Virus record (IMG/VR): IMGVR_UViG_3300032282_003280
Span: 1-64,000 of that record
DNA: 64,000 nucleotides
From: a virus
Direction: 5' to 3' (one strand)
The notes below the pieces were generated by a model, which made no database searches, was not told the origin of the DNA, and was given only the letters and a program-made list of their open reading frames with translations. This document shows positions 9,067 to 19,439 of this stretch, piece by piece. A program made the translations under genes and the position numbers. How positions within the stretch are numbered: position 1 is the first letter of the stretch; every line of letters begins with the position of its first letter.

Positions 9067-10059
9067 ATGGCGCATAATTTGAATATAATAAATGGGAGAG
9101 CAAGTTTATTCGTAACTAGTGCTACATGGCATGGTTTAGAGAGTGAAGTATCTCAAATATCTACATCCGATGAGGTTATTAAGTTAGCCGGGTTGGATTA
9201 TGAAGTAGAGAAGGTTAAAGTACAAGCATGTATAGAAGAAGATTGTAAAGAGATACCTGGTAAATGGGCTACTATAAGGACTGATAATAATACTCCTTTA
9301 GGGATTGTAGGTGATAGGTATCATATTCTTCAGAATAGGGAAGCCTTTAAGTTTATTGATGATATAACCGGTAAAAAAGAGGCTATATTTCATAGTGCAG
9401 GTGCATTAGGTAAAGGTGAGAGAGTTTGGATGACTGTAAAGTTACCTGAGCAGTGTGTAATAGGTATAGATGATGTAATAGAGCATTATTTCTTCTTGAC
9501 AAATAGTCATGATGGTAGTAAGGCTGTAGAAGTCGCCTTTAGTCAAACCATGATAGTATGTGAGAATACCTTAAGATTAGCTCTTAGTAATAGCAAACGT
9601 AAGAGAGGTATACGTCATACAAGCTCTGTGATGAGTAGCTTAAATACCGCTACAGACCTTATGGGTATTACAAGATTAAAGATTCAGGAGATGCAAGAAG
9701 TATATACAGCTATGACTAAGGTTCAAATTACAGATAAGGAGCTTCGTAGGTTTATAGAGTTAGCAATGAAACCTGAGGTTGAACTTATAGGTGAAGATGA
9801 ATATTCTAAACGTTTTAGTAATCAGGTAGATAGGGTTCTTGAGTACTCCCTAAGTGATGATACTCAGATTATTGATAGTAGGAAGGGTAATTTATATGGT
9901 GCCCTTAATGGTATAACCGGTTACTATAATAATGTAGTAGAGTATGATTCTGGAGCAGACAAATTAAACAATATCATGTATGGCATAGGTAATAAAAACT
10001 CTCAAAGAGCATTAGACCTGGCTATGAATGTTTTATCTAACGCAGTGCAATTATCTTAA
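9067..10059 (+). CDS. DUF932-family phage/plasmid protein
   Basis: MAHN...WHGL, LGIVGDRYHILQN, AGALGKGERVW, NSHDGS, VCENTL, RHT. Confidence 0.85.
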   Translation: MAHNLNIINGRASLFVTSATWHGLESEVSQISTSDEVIKLAGLDYEVEKVKVQACIEEDCKEIPGKWATIRTDNNTPLGIVGDRYHILQNREAFKFIDDITGKKEAIFHSAGALGKGERVWMTVKLPEQCVIGIDDVIEHYFFLTNSHDGSKAVEVAFSQTMIVCENTLRLALSNSKRKRGIRHTSSVMSSLNTATDLMGITRLKIQEMQEVYTAMTKVQITDKELRRFIELAMKPEVELIGEDEYSKRFSNQVDRVLEYSLSDDTQIIDSRKGNLYGALNGITGYYNNVVEYDSGADKLNNIMYGIGNKNSQRALDLAMNVLSNAVQLS

Positions 10060-10061
10060 AT

Positions 10062-10787
10062 ATGGATTTTCAGAAGTTTGAACCAATCTTAGGTTCTTGG
10101 GGTAGAGTACTAAAACCTTTTATAGAGTCTAAAGAGTGCGATAATATTTATGCAACTCTTAAGGATTGTAGTTTAAATGGTAAAAAGATAGCTCCTCTAA
10201 GTATAAATACTTGGAAGGCTTTTCAGGAGTGTGACTATAATAATCTTAAGGTGGTATGTGTAGGGATGTGTCCCTACCATACCTTTAAGAACGGTACTCC
10301 TGTAGCAGATGGTAAGATGATGTCCTGTAGTATAACCAACACTCTTCAACCTTCCCTAGAAATCTTGTATAAAGGTATAGAGGAAGATATTGCAGATGGT
10401 ATGGACTTAACCATGCAGAAACCTGCAGATCTTAATTATCTATCACTTCAAGGGGTATTACTACTTAATGCAGCCCTAACTACAGAGGAAAATAAGGCTG
10501 GTAGTCATATTGATCTTTGGAAACCATTTATGAACTACATGTTTAAGGAGGTATTTAATAAGTATAACAGAGGTCTCGTCTTTATATTCTTTGGTAAAGA
10601 TGCTGGAAAGTATGAGAAACTACTTACCCCAATGCTACATTACAGCAAGGTAATAGAACATCCTGCAGCAGCATCATATACCGGTAAAGAGTGGAAGCAT
10701 GACAATGTATTTTCATGGACAAATAACATATTAAAATCAAACCTGGGAGAGGAAGTTCACTGGATAAATAGTGAGCCTCCCTGGTAA
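10062..10787 (+). CDS. ung: Family-1 uracil-DNA glycosylase homologue with a divergent active site
   Basis: LKVVCVGMCPYH (canonical GQDPYH), QGVLLLNAALT, AGSH..LW, HPAAAS (canonical HPSPLS). Confidence 0.8.
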   Translation: MDFQKFEPILGSWGRVLKPFIESKECDNIYATLKDCSLNGKKIAPLSINTWKAFQECDYNNLKVVCVGMCPYHTFKNGTPVADGKMMSCSITNTLQPSLEILYKGIEEDIADGMDLTMQKPADLNYLSLQGVLLLNAALTTEENKAGSHIDLWKPFMNYMFKEVFNKYNRGLVFIFFGKDAGKYEKLLTPMLHYSKVIEHPAAASYTGKEWKHDNVFSWTNNILKSNLGEEVHWINSEPPW

Positions 10788-10803
10788 TTAAAAAGATAGA
10801 AAA

Positions 10804-13068
10804 ATGATAATTAACGAAAGAAAAGCAGCCGAAGTACTACAATCAGAAGTAAATCAAACAGTAAATATGACAATTGATGATAAGGATAAGAGTGTCCTTA
10901 TGATGATTTTGTCAGAGGGGTTATATTCAGACCCAATAGGCTCCATGATTAGAGAGCTGACTACAAATGCCTTAGATTCACACATAGAGGCAAAGAATTC
11001 TGAACCTATTATAGTAGGTCTCACTAAGAATTCAGAGGGAGCTTTTGAGTTCTCTGTTACAGATTTTGGTATAGGTTTATCTCCTGAAAGGGTTGAGAAT
11101 GTATTTAGTAAATATGCTTCATCTACCAAGAGAGGTAGTAGTGAGCAATATGGATTCTTTGGGTTGGGAAGCAAAAGTCCACTTGCTTATACAGATAGTT
11201 TTATAATAATCTCCACTTATGAGGGTACTAAGTATACCTATAATATGTATAAGGGTGAAGACGGCACAATGTTAAGTCTTCTACTTCAGGAGGACACAGA
11301 AGATAAGAATGGTGTAAAGATAATAGTTCCTTTAAGAACTAATGATGATTATTATAATTTTAAGGGTAAGATTCAGGATCAACTATGTTATTTTGAGAAT
11401 GTATACTTTGATATAGATAATATATATCATGGAAAAGATACAACTTTCTCTAATGATTTTAAGATTATCAAACATGAAGACTGGAAGTTTTCAGAGATGT
11501 ATGATGGAAATAGAAAAATGCATCTTTGTCTGGATAATGTAAGATATGATATAGATTGGTCTAAGTTAGGTATTGACTCTATATATTTACCTGTAGGTAT
11601 TAGTTTCAAAGTTACAGACGGTATAACTCCAACTCCTAATAGGGAAAATATTATTATTACTCCTACAGTAAAGAAGATGATCTTAGAGAAGATAGAAAGA
11701 GTTGAGCTCTACTTTGCTAGTAAATATAATGCCTCTAGGAGTAATATATTTGAGGTTTGGGAAATGCTTTCTAATAATTATGAACCTTGTACAACAATAG
11801 AGGGGATTATGTTTGATTTATCTGACCTAAAGGATATATTAGATAAACCAAACATTGCAGGTATAGAGAAACTTAATCTTGAAAGGGTATATGATAGAAA
11901 GCATAACCTATTAGATTCTTATGCGGATAAGTCTGAGATTAAGAACAATAAGTATATAACAGACTCTAGTTTTAGAATAAATCTAAAAATAGATTATATT
12001 ATTAATAAACAAGTAAAAGTAATTCTTACTGATGGACAACCTTTATCTAAGGTAAAGATTGATTATATTAAGGATACTATAGGTGATTGTTACTTTATAA
12101 CTAAGAGTCATAAAAATAGAAAACTTCTTAAGTCAAGTAATGATTTTGATTCTTATGCAACTTTATTAAATTTAAAGAAAGACAATAAAGAGAATTGGAG
12201 ACAAATAATTACTGAGTATCAGAGGATTGAGAGTATGATTGCTGATAGTTTTATTAAGGTTGAGGACCTGGAACCTACTGAAGAGTGGTTAGCTGAGAGA
12301 AAGGCTAATAGAAAAAGAGCCATTGTTACAAAAGTAGATAAAGAAGAAATCAATCCTAAAATAGCTGAAGAATCTTCTAAGAGTGATATAATTTGTAAAT
12401 TTGTCTCAGAAGGCCCTCAAGTAATAGATACTCTAAACCAAGGTATATACATATATGACTTATATGACAATAGACCTCAGTTAGAGAGACTATTTAAAAT
12501 TATTAACACGGATAAAACTATTAAGATAGCAATCTTAGTAAATCGGGATATTGAGAGAATTAAACAATCATCATTAACAAATTGGTTTTCATTTGAAGAA
12601 TATATGAAGGGAGAACACATATCATTTGGTAAGTTTTGTACAGCACATATTATAAAGGAGTATCTACAAAAAACTCCGGTAATAAACTACTTATATAGTA
12701 TAGAGAAAATAGACTCAGAACTTGCGGATAACATACATAAAGCAAAGAAGTATTATAAAGAATTACTTCGTTATAGCTCATTAGACAGTTATGTAATGCA
12801 AGATATGTTAGCCATCTGTACTGAGAAGAATTGTTGGGATATGGAGTATTATAATCTATTCAATGATATAAAAGATGCTGTCCCATATATAGAGTTTATA
12901 ACTTGTTTAGAGGTAGAACATCGGCATCGTATTGATAAAGAGTTAACAGACAGAGCTCTTGAGTTAGCTAAGACGTTATATGAAGCAAATAAGAATAATA
13001 CATTTTCATTACTAAAAGAAAAAGAAGAAAAAAATGAACAAGTTGAACTTGAAGATGAATCTTGTTAA
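10804..13068 (+). CDS. rIIA: rIIA-like protein with N-terminal GHKL ATPase
   Basis: LYSDPIGSMIRELTTNALDSH, DFGIGLS, STKR, GFFGLGSKS, PTPNRE. Confidence 0.8.
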   Translation: MIINERKAAEVLQSEVNQTVNMTIDDKDKSVLMMILSEGLYSDPIGSMIRELTTNALDSHIEAKNSEPIIVGLTKNSEGAFEFSVTDFGIGLSPERVENVFSKYASSTKRGSSEQYGFFGLGSKSPLAYTDSFIIISTYEGTKYTYNMYKGEDGTMLSLLLQEDTEDKNGVKIIVPLRTNDDYYNFKGKIQDQLCYFENVYFDIDNIYHGKDTTFSNDFKIIKHEDWKFSEMYDGNRKMHLCLDNVRYDIDWSKLGIDSIYLPVGISFKVTDGITPTPNRENIIITPTVKKMILEKIERVELYFASKYNASRSNIFEVWEMLSNNYEPCTTIEGIMFDLSDLKDILDKPNIAGIEKLNLERVYDRKHNLLDSYADKSEIKNNKYITDSSFRINLKIDYIINKQVKVILTDGQPLSKVKIDYIKDTIGDCYFITKSHKNRKLLKSSNDFDSYATLLNLKKDNKENWRQIITEYQRIESMIADSFIKVEDLEPTEEWLAERKANRKRAIVTKVDKEEINPKIAEESSKSDIICKFVSEGPQVIDTLNQGIYIYDLYDNRPQLERLFKIINTDKTIKIAILVNRDIERIKQSSLTNWFSFEEYMKGEHISFGKFCTAHIIKEYLQKTPVINYLYSIEKIDSELADNIHKAKKYYKELLRYSSLDSYVMQDMLAICTEKNCWDMEYYNLFNDIKDAVPYIEFITCLEVEHRHRIDKELTDRALELAKTLYEANKNNTFSLLKEKEEKNEQVELEDESC

Positions 13069-14212
13069 TAACTCGTTGATTATCATACTACCTGGGGGAG
13101 AACTTTTGTTCTCCTCTAATGGTAGTAAAGAGTTATTTAATCAGGTGTTGTCCTGTGAGACAATAGAAGAAGTTAAGTATTTAATGGTTCCTGAGCTCTC
13201 TAAAGAAGAGAAAGTATTTCAGGAGGAAGTAAAGAAGAATGAGGACTTAAAGAAGAAATTGGTATTAATTAATAATACTCCGGATTTTGAGCTAAGAGAT
13301 GGGGCAGTTTATATGAAGGGAACATCTATATCTTTACCTAAGATATTGGTTGAGGAAATTCTAAATAAGCCAGATAGTTACCATGCACTTAAGAATTTCT
13401 GGACATTAGCACTGTTGAATCCTAACAGCTTAGCAAGAGAGGGTTTATTTGATTTCTTAAGGAGGGGTAACTTTACTATTACTCCTTCAGGAATGGTGCT
13501 TGCGTATAGGTGTGTACTATCGGTAGGTCCTAAAAATAAGAAATTAGTAGAGTTTATTAGTAATCAGTATGCAAAAATAAGACTTAGAAAAAAGGCTACC
13601 AGTGATTATTGGGTACATAAGGATAATAATGATAATTACTCTCTACATAAAGCAGATACAGTACTAAATGCAAGTCTTGTAGGTAATCTTAAGGATTTAT
13701 ATTTAAACCTTCCTGATTTAGAAGAAAATAAATATACTGACCAATATACTAAAACATTTGATATTCGCATTGGTAAAGAGGTATCTATGGATAGGAAGCT
13801 CACAGATGAAAGTGGTGCCTCATGTAGTAGGGGGCTTCACCTTGCTAGTAACTTAAGCGATTATGCACATTTTGGAGATACTAAGTTATTAGTAGCATTT
13901 AGTCCTCGCAATGTAGTTAGTGTCCCTGAGTCTGAGACTACTAAAATGCGAGTATGTGCATATATGCCCATAGCTGTACTAACTAATGATGATTGGAATA
14001 TTCTTGATGATTTAGAGACAGTTGTAGCTATTGATGATTATGCTGTAGAGGAGATTGATAATATAGAGGAAATGTTAGCTAATACTAATGTACAAGAGCT
14101 TAAGAAACATTACATGATTAGTGATCTAAAGCAACCGGTTATTAATAAATTAATACTAGACTTAGAAAATATAAAGAATGAAATTAGCTCTCGAATTATT
14201 CAAGTATCCTAG
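13034..14212 (+). CDS. rIIB: rIIB-like protein
   Basis: NFW..ALLNP, LFDFL, ITPSG.VLAYR, CSRGLH, P.NVVSVP, KMRVC.Y; follows rIIA. Confidence 0.8.
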   Translation: MNKLNLKMNLVNNSLIIILPGGELLFSSNGSKELFNQVLSCETIEEVKYLMVPELSKEEKVFQEEVKKNEDLKKKLVLINNTPDFELRDGAVYMKGTSISLPKILVEEILNKPDSYHALKNFWTLALLNPNSLAREGLFDFLRRGNFTITPSGMVLAYRCVLSVGPKNKKLVEFISNQYAKIRLRKKATSDYWVHKDNNDNYSLHKADTVLNASLVGNLKDLYLNLPDLEENKYTDQYTKTFDIRIGKEVSMDRKLTDESGASCSRGLHLASNLSDYAHFGDTKLLVAFSPRNVVSVPESETTKMRVCAYMPIAVLTNDDWNILDDLETVVAIDDYAVEEIDNIEEMLANTNVQELKKHYMISDLKQPVINKLILDLENIKNEISSRIIQVS

Positions 14213-14777
14213 TGTAATAAAGGATAACTTGGAAGAGGTTTATATTCAATCTGATATAAGTGATCATCTAGAAGGAAGTCAGTGGTACCCACTGGCTTCT
14301 TCTTTTTGTCAGACTATAGCAGAGAAATATAGTAAACCTTATATACAGATATGTGGGATTACCGCAGCACTCTCACCCCTAAAGGAGTGGGGAGAAAATA
14401 AGAAATTAGTGGAACAGTACTTAAATGGAGTACACAAACATACAAGTCTACAGATAAATAAGGCCCATGCTATCTGTAGAACAGAGTCTCATGATGAGAT
14501 ACTAAAGATCCTAAATGGGCCAAAGATTAGTAACTTCTTTGGTAATATCTATAACCCAAAGGATGAGAGATACTGTACTATAGATAGACATATGATTGCA
14601 TCCTGTACAACTTTACCTATAGAGACAGTAACATCTGTACAGTATGAAAAATTAAAGAAGGTTATTTTAGAGTTCTCCTATAGTAAGAATTACTTACCTT
14701 CGCAGATTCAGGGAATATTATGGTTAACATGGAAAAGAATAAAACCAAAGTGGTATGATATCAAGGACAAAAACTAA
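14178..14777 (+). CDS. Phage protein with a probable HhH DNA-glycosylase-like fold
   Basis: WY, AALSP...W..N, GPKISNFFGNI, CTIDRHM, QIQGILW. Confidence 0.55.
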   Translation: MKLALELFKYPSVIKDNLEEVYIQSDISDHLEGSQWYPLASSFCQTIAEKYSKPYIQICGITAALSPLKEWGENKKLVEQYLNGVHKHTSLQINKAHAICRTESHDEILKILNGPKISNFFGNIYNPKDERYCTIDRHMIASCTTLPIETVTSVQYEKLKKVILEFSYSKNYLPSQIQGILWLTWKRIKPKWYDIKDKN

Positions 14778-15003
14778 GTTAGAATTATTTAGTACACCCG
14801 GAATATACTGGGTATTAGTAGATTTATTAAGGCAGTTTGATAAAGAGCACACAACAGCGTCAGCTAATGATGAGTATTATCTTCTTCAGATATATAAGCT
14901 AAAAAATAAATACGAGAATGAGATATTGGATAACAAAAGAGGCAACTCTAAACAGTTATATTTAGAAGATTCTATAAAGGAGGTAAAAGATGTACAAGCA
15001 TAG
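14755..15003 (+). CDS. Hypothetical protein
   Basis: Overlap-packed ORF. Confidence 0.45.
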   Translation: MISRTKTKLELFSTPGIYWVLVDLLRQFDKEHTTASANDEYYLLQIYKLKNKYENEILDNKRGNSKQLYLEDSIKEVKDVQA

Positions 15004-15352
15004 AATACCTAAAGAAGTTAGGAATAGTGTCTTTGAGAGAGATGGTTATAACTGTGTAAAATGTGGTTCAAAATCAAACCTTACATTAGACCATATTCTA
15101 CCAAAACGCATGGATGGTGAGGATAGTATTGATAATCTTCAGACCATGTGCTATAAGTGTAATCAAAAGAAACATCATTTGTATGAAGACTATATAACAG
15201 ATAGAAAGAAGTTATGTACAAAGATGTACTTTATGATATGTGAGATTAAAAAATTAAGGTCTGAGAATGTTGAGTTACAAGAAAAAATAACTAACTTGCC
15301 AGGAATAATCAAATGGTTATTTAATATAAAATATGAGAAAAAGGAAATCTAA
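14990..15352 (+). CDS. HNH endonuclease
   Basis: VFERDGYNCVKCG, LTLDHILP, NLQTMCYKCNQKK. Confidence 0.9.
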   Translation: MYKHRIPKEVRNSVFERDGYNCVKCGSKSNLTLDHILPKRMDGEDSIDNLQTMCYKCNQKKHHLYEDYITDRKKLCTKMYFMICEIKKLRSENVELQEKITNLPGIIKWLFNIKYEKKEI

Positions 15353-16022
15353 GAGTCCGGTAACCAGAAAGGATACTTCCCAAAAGGCAAGGAAGAAAGC
15401 AGTAGTGAAGAGAAAGAAGGTTGATAAAAAACCTAAAGACGGTTATTTCCGTAACATCTACTACGAAAGCCTCCAGGAGAAGTATACATTAGCCTGGTTA
15501 TTTGAGTTAAAAGACTTAGGTTATATATCAGAGATAAAGAGAGGTGTATCCTTCTTATTATCTGATGCTGTTATGAATAACTATGTACAGCAACAGAAAA
15601 GGGGTAGTAAACCTATGTCTCAGATAATACTCAGAGGACATAGTTATACAGATGACTTTATAGTTATTGTAAATCAAAAGGCCCTCGGTAAATTCTTCTG
15701 GGAGCTTGGTAGTAATACTAAGTATAATAAAACTCTACTAATCTGTAATAGGTTAGATGGTTCTCTTGTATGTAGAATAGAGACTAAACCTAGGTATAAT
15801 AGATCTGCAAGTGATTCTCTCCCTAAGGCTGTTGACAATATGAAATGGGTATTCCAGAAATATGGGATATTTGTTAACTTATTTATACCGGAAGAGCACT
15901 TTGAGAGAACTTTCGTACCTCAAGAGTATAGAAAAACAGAGGCAGGTAGAGATAGGTTAATCAAGTTTAAAGCACTCACCTTAAAAGAATATATAGAAAA
16001 TGAGAGAACAAATAGTAAATAA
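15333..16022 (+). CDS. PD-(D/E)XK-family endonuclease-like protein with basic N-terminus
   Basis: ESLQE, YTDDF, IETK motifs. Confidence 0.55.
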   Translation: MRKRKSKSPVTRKDTSQKARKKAVVKRKKVDKKPKDGYFRNIYYESLQEKYTLAWLFELKDLGYISEIKRGVSFLLSDAVMNNYVQQQKRGSKPMSQIILRGHSYTDDFIVIVNQKALGKFFWELGSNTKYNKTLLICNRLDGSLVCRIETKPRYNRSASDSLPKAVDNMKWVFQKYGIFVNLFIPEEHFERTFVPQEYRKTEAGRDRLIKFKALTLKEYIENERTNSK

Positions 16023-16194
16023 GCTAAACTCCTATGAACCCTTCACACTAAGTAGTGAGGAAGTAAATTATGTAGTTAGGAACTGGATACAGATGCATTC
16101 TCAACATCATGCTATAATAGAGCTTAAGTTTGATCCTAGTGATGGAGTGTATGCTACTGTAGAAATAAATAAAGATTCAATATATAAGATATGA
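16000..16194 (+). CDS. Hypothetical protein
   Basis: Packed ORF. Confidence 0.5.
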   Translation: MREQIVNKLNSYEPFTLSSEEVNYVVRNWIQMHSQHHAIIELKFDPSDGVYATVEINKDSIYKI

Positions 16195-16574
16195 TGAAGT
16201 ATTATTATTGTCATAAGTACTACGATAAAAAAGGTCGTAGATTAAGTATAGTCGGGGAAATGTTAAACTCATCCAAACTTATTATAAGTACATGGGCCTG
16301 TAGTAAGACAGATAAGTTTAATAAAAAATTAAGTGGTCAAGTAAAGGATTTTGTTGTACATGGGTATAAAACATTACCGGAGATAAAGGAACTCACGGGA
16401 GTTAATATTAATACATACATGATAGATATTCCAGGAGAAAGACCACAGAAAGAATTTATGGAGTATATTAGGGAAAACTTTTATACATATGCTGAGACAT
16501 ATAGGATAAAAAGTATATTAGTACCTGCAAGTTTTGGAGAATTCCTAAAGTTAACAAATAAAATGTTTTGGTAA
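16191..16574 (+). CDS. Hypothetical phage protein
   Basis: CSKTDKFNKK motif; ATGA overlap. Confidence 0.55.
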   Translation: MMKYYYCHKYYDKKGRRLSIVGEMLNSSKLIISTWACSKTDKFNKKLSGQVKDFVVHGYKTLPEIKELTGVNINTYMIDIPGERPQKEFMEYIRENFYTYAETYRIKSILVPASFGEFLKLTNKMFW

Positions 16575-16575
16575 T

Positions 16576-17637
16576 ATGAATACAGTAAAGAAGAAAGAAT
16601 TATTAACGGAGAAAGAATATAGGGATTTACCAGCCTTAAACTATAGTAGTATTAAGAGGTTTGTAAATGATAGAAAGAAGTTCTATAAAGAAGAAATACT
16701 TGGAGAACCTAAGAATGAGGATATTACGATGGCCATTATTACCGGTCAATTAGTGGATACTTTGTGTTTTGAGGGGAACTTTGAGGAGAAGTTTGTACTG
16801 GCATCTGTGCAACCTCCTACAGGGCAAATGTTAGACTTTGTTAATAACCTCTACAAAAGGACTCTAAAGAATACTGAGGGTGGAGAGATTATGTGCTCTA
16901 TGCAGGATTTGCTAGAGATGGCATATAATGACACAGCATTTGATTCAGGTGGTAATCCTATTGCATTTAAGGGTAAACCCCTAGAGAAAGTAATAAGTAT
17001 GTTTGAGGGAAGCGATGCTGAGTTATATTACAGGCAATTAAGGGCCTCAACCGGTAAATATGTAGTTACTACTAACCTTATTGAGAATGCTGAGGCTATT
17101 GTTAATGAGTTAAGGTCTAACCCTATTACAGCAGGTGTTATAAATGCTGTTACAGATGGGGATATTGAGGTATTTAACCAATACCCAATAGAGTTTATGT
17201 ATCAGGGAGTAGAGATGAAAGCTCTTCTTGATAAGGTAATAATTGATCATAAGAACAAAGTAATTAGTCCGTATGATCTGAAAACTACCTGGGATAATGA
17301 GAATTTTGAGTATACGTATATAAAACTTTGTTACTATATTCAGAATGCAGTATACTATAAAGCATGTCAGAGTCTAAGTTTAGGTTATAAAGTAAACCCA
17401 TTGGCGTTTATTGTTTGTGATAGTATTAATTATAACCAACCCTTAATATATAGTACTAAACCATCTGATATTGATGCAGCTCTTAATGGTTTCTCCATTA
17501 GAGGAAAAGGGTATGAGGGTTTAGATAGTTTGATACAGCAAATTAAGTGGCATAAAGATTCTGGGGTTTGGAATATTTCCTACGATGATTATGCAAATAA
17601 TGGACAGAAAACACTAAATTTGCAGTACGATAAATAA
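16576..17637 (+). CDS. RecE/ExoVIII-like PD-(D/E)XK exonuclease
   Basis: LNYSSIK, G.LVD, KALLDKV, YDLKTT, YYIQNAVY. Confidence 0.75.
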   Translation: MNTVKKKELLTEKEYRDLPALNYSSIKRFVNDRKKFYKEEILGEPKNEDITMAIITGQLVDTLCFEGNFEEKFVLASVQPPTGQMLDFVNNLYKRTLKNTEGGEIMCSMQDLLEMAYNDTAFDSGGNPIAFKGKPLEKVISMFEGSDAELYYRQLRASTGKYVVTTNLIENAEAIVNELRSNPITAGVINAVTDGDIEVFNQYPIEFMYQGVEMKALLDKVIIDHKNKVISPYDLKTTWDNENFEYTYIKLCYYIQNAVYYKACQSLSLGYKVNPLAFIVCDSINYNQPLIYSTKPSDIDAALNGFSIRGKGYEGLDSLIQQIKWHKDSGVWNISYDDYANNGQKTLNLQYDK

Positions 17638-17642
17638 GGAAT

Positions 17643-18233
17643 ATGGAAGCAACTAAAACAACTCAGTTTTTATTGACCGGTGTCTTAGAGAAACTAAAAA
17701 TAGGCACAAAACAAAAGTTAAAAGACCTAGGATTCCTAAATGCTTATCTAGGAGATAATTCTCATCATGTGCAGTACAAGGATTGCATTTATCTTCTATT
17801 TAATACTAAAGAACCTATTCTTCTACAAGAATTTATTGATGTTTGGTGTGGGGAAGAGGTAGCAGGAGTGTATGATTATGAAGGAGGATATACAATGGTA
17901 GTTATTCTTTATCCGGCAAAGTGGATAAGAGTATATAAACTATTTATAGAAGGTAAATACTCTCAGTTCCCAAGAGAATATAAGGAAATGTTTGATAAGA
18001 AACCTAACCTTGAGGAGAAGACTCTTTATAAGAGTCACCCTGCATTTACAAGATGCTCATCCTCTTTAGTATGGTTAATCTTTACAAAGTCTCCAATGTT
18101 GAGAGAATGGGTTGAGGAACAGGTTGATGAATCTTTACCGGCAAATAGTGAGCTTTGGGATATACCAAACATGGATAATGAGATATTTAATTACTCTAAA
18201 ATTCAAAAACAGAAAGAAAATGTTCACAAATGA
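17643..18233 (+). CDS. Conserved hypothetical protein
   Basis: FLNAYL, LYLLF-like CIYLLF, GKYSQF, ELW; good coding character. Confidence 0.6.
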   Translation: MEATKTTQFLLTGVLEKLKIGTKQKLKDLGFLNAYLGDNSHHVQYKDCIYLLFNTKEPILLQEFIDVWCGEEVAGVYDYEGGYTMVVILYPAKWIRVYKLFIEGKYSQFPREYKEMFDKKPNLEEKTLYKSHPAFTRCSSSLVWLIFTKSPMLREWVEEQVDESLPANSELWDIPNMDNEIFNYSKIQKQKENVHK

Positions 18234-18468
18234 TGGAATAATGTCACTTTTAGAGGATGAGTTTGGAAAAGGTTCATGCCAACTATTTTGTGAGATGTAT
18301 AGTAGGTTCTGTGAGTTCAAGTCAAAAGATAATACAGATGAGTATAGTTATGATAAACTATGGTTTGATATGAAGGGAAAGGCTATAAAGGAAGGTATAT
18401 TAATACCTAAATATCTAGATATCTCAATATTTAAACAACTAAATAAAATACTAAAGGATAAAGGATAG
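18220..18468 (+). CDS. Hypothetical protein
   Basis: Start moved to the A-rich ATG at 18220 to avoid a long overlap. Confidence 0.5.
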   Translation: MFTNDGIMSLLEDEFGKGSCQLFCEMYSRFCEFKSKDNTDEYSYDKLWFDMKGKAIKEGILIPKYLDISIFKQLNKILKDKG

Positions 18469-18470
18469 TA

Positions 18471-18836
18471 ATGAAGAAGAAAAAGATATATTTAGCCATA
18501 CCTTATACCGGTATCTGCGAACTAAGTTATAATATCTCATTGGAGATAACTGCGAAACTAATGGAGGAAGGTTATGTGGTATTTAGCCCCATAATCCACT
18601 CTCATGAGGTAGCTAAGCAGTATAATCTCCCTCAAACATGGGAGTTCTGGGGTTCACAGGATTTACCCTTCATAGATTGGGCTGATGAATTATGGGTTGT
18701 TCTTATAGGGGATAATGGCTTTGAACTTGTAGATAAATCTACTGGTGTAAAAGCAGAAGTAGATCATGCCTATAATAACAAAAAATTTGTTAACTATATT
18801 GTTTACAACGGAAAACTATTAGAAAATGTCTATTGA
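18471..18836 (+). CDS. DUF1937 / nucleoside 2'-deoxyribosyltransferase-like protein
   Basis: IYLAIPYT, VFSPIIHSH, D..FIDWADEL, STGVKAE. Confidence 0.75.
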   Translation: MKKKKIYLAIPYTGICELSYNISLEITAKLMEEGYVVFSPIIHSHEVAKQYNLPQTWEFWGSQDLPFIDWADELWVVLIGDNGFELVDKSTGVKAEVDHAYNNKKFVNYIVYNGKLLENVY

Positions 18837-19437
18837 TTTAATTGGAATTAGTGGGAAACTTACATCTGGAAAAGATACTGTAGCTTCTATGATAATGAGT
18901 AACTCAAAGGATGATTGGGAAATAAAGAAGTATTCTAAGAAGTTAAAAGAAATAGCTTCTATTCTTACTGGAATACCTGAAGAGAATTTTGAGGATCAGA
19001 AGTTTAAAAATAGTGTTCTCCCCAAGGAATGGAGTAGAAAGTTTAGATACCCTTCTTATATAGCTACTAGAGAAGAGGATATGACAGTAAGGCGGTTTCT
19101 ACAACTACTTGGAACTGAGGCTATAAGAGAAGGTCTTCATACTAATGCCTGGGTAAATGCCTTATTTGCAGATTGTCAGGATGAGGATCCCCCTTGGTTT
19201 AAAGCAATTAAGTTCTCAAAATGGATTGTTACTGATGTAAGGTTTCCTAATGAGTTTGATGGTATAAAACAAAGAGGGGGTATAGTAATAAGAGTAAACA
19301 GACCTGGTATAAATACAGGAGACCATCCTTCTGAAACAGCCTTGGATAATCATGTATTTGATTATACCATTACAAATGATGGTACCCTTGAGGAGCTAGA
19401 ACAAAAAGTAATAACAATGTTAAATACAATAAAATAA
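18826..19437 (+). CDS. Deoxynucleoside monophosphate kinase (T4 gp1-like)
   Basis: GISGKLTSGKDT, RRFLQLLGTE, TDVRFPNE, HPSETAL. Confidence 0.9.
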   Translation: MSIDLIGISGKLTSGKDTVASMIMSNSKDDWEIKKYSKKLKEIASILTGIPEENFEDQKFKNSVLPKEWSRKFRYPSYIATREEDMTVRRFLQLLGTEAIREGLHTNAWVNALFADCQDEDPPWFKAIKFSKWIVTDVRFPNEFDGIKQRGGIVIRVNRPGINTGDHPSETALDNHVFDYTITNDGTLEELEQKVITMLNTIK

Positions 19438-19439
19438 AA

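Noticed and set aside
14990-15352. HNH as part of an intron, intein or mobile element
   Set aside because: Free-standing ORF packed between intact genes; no split host gene or intron structure seen.
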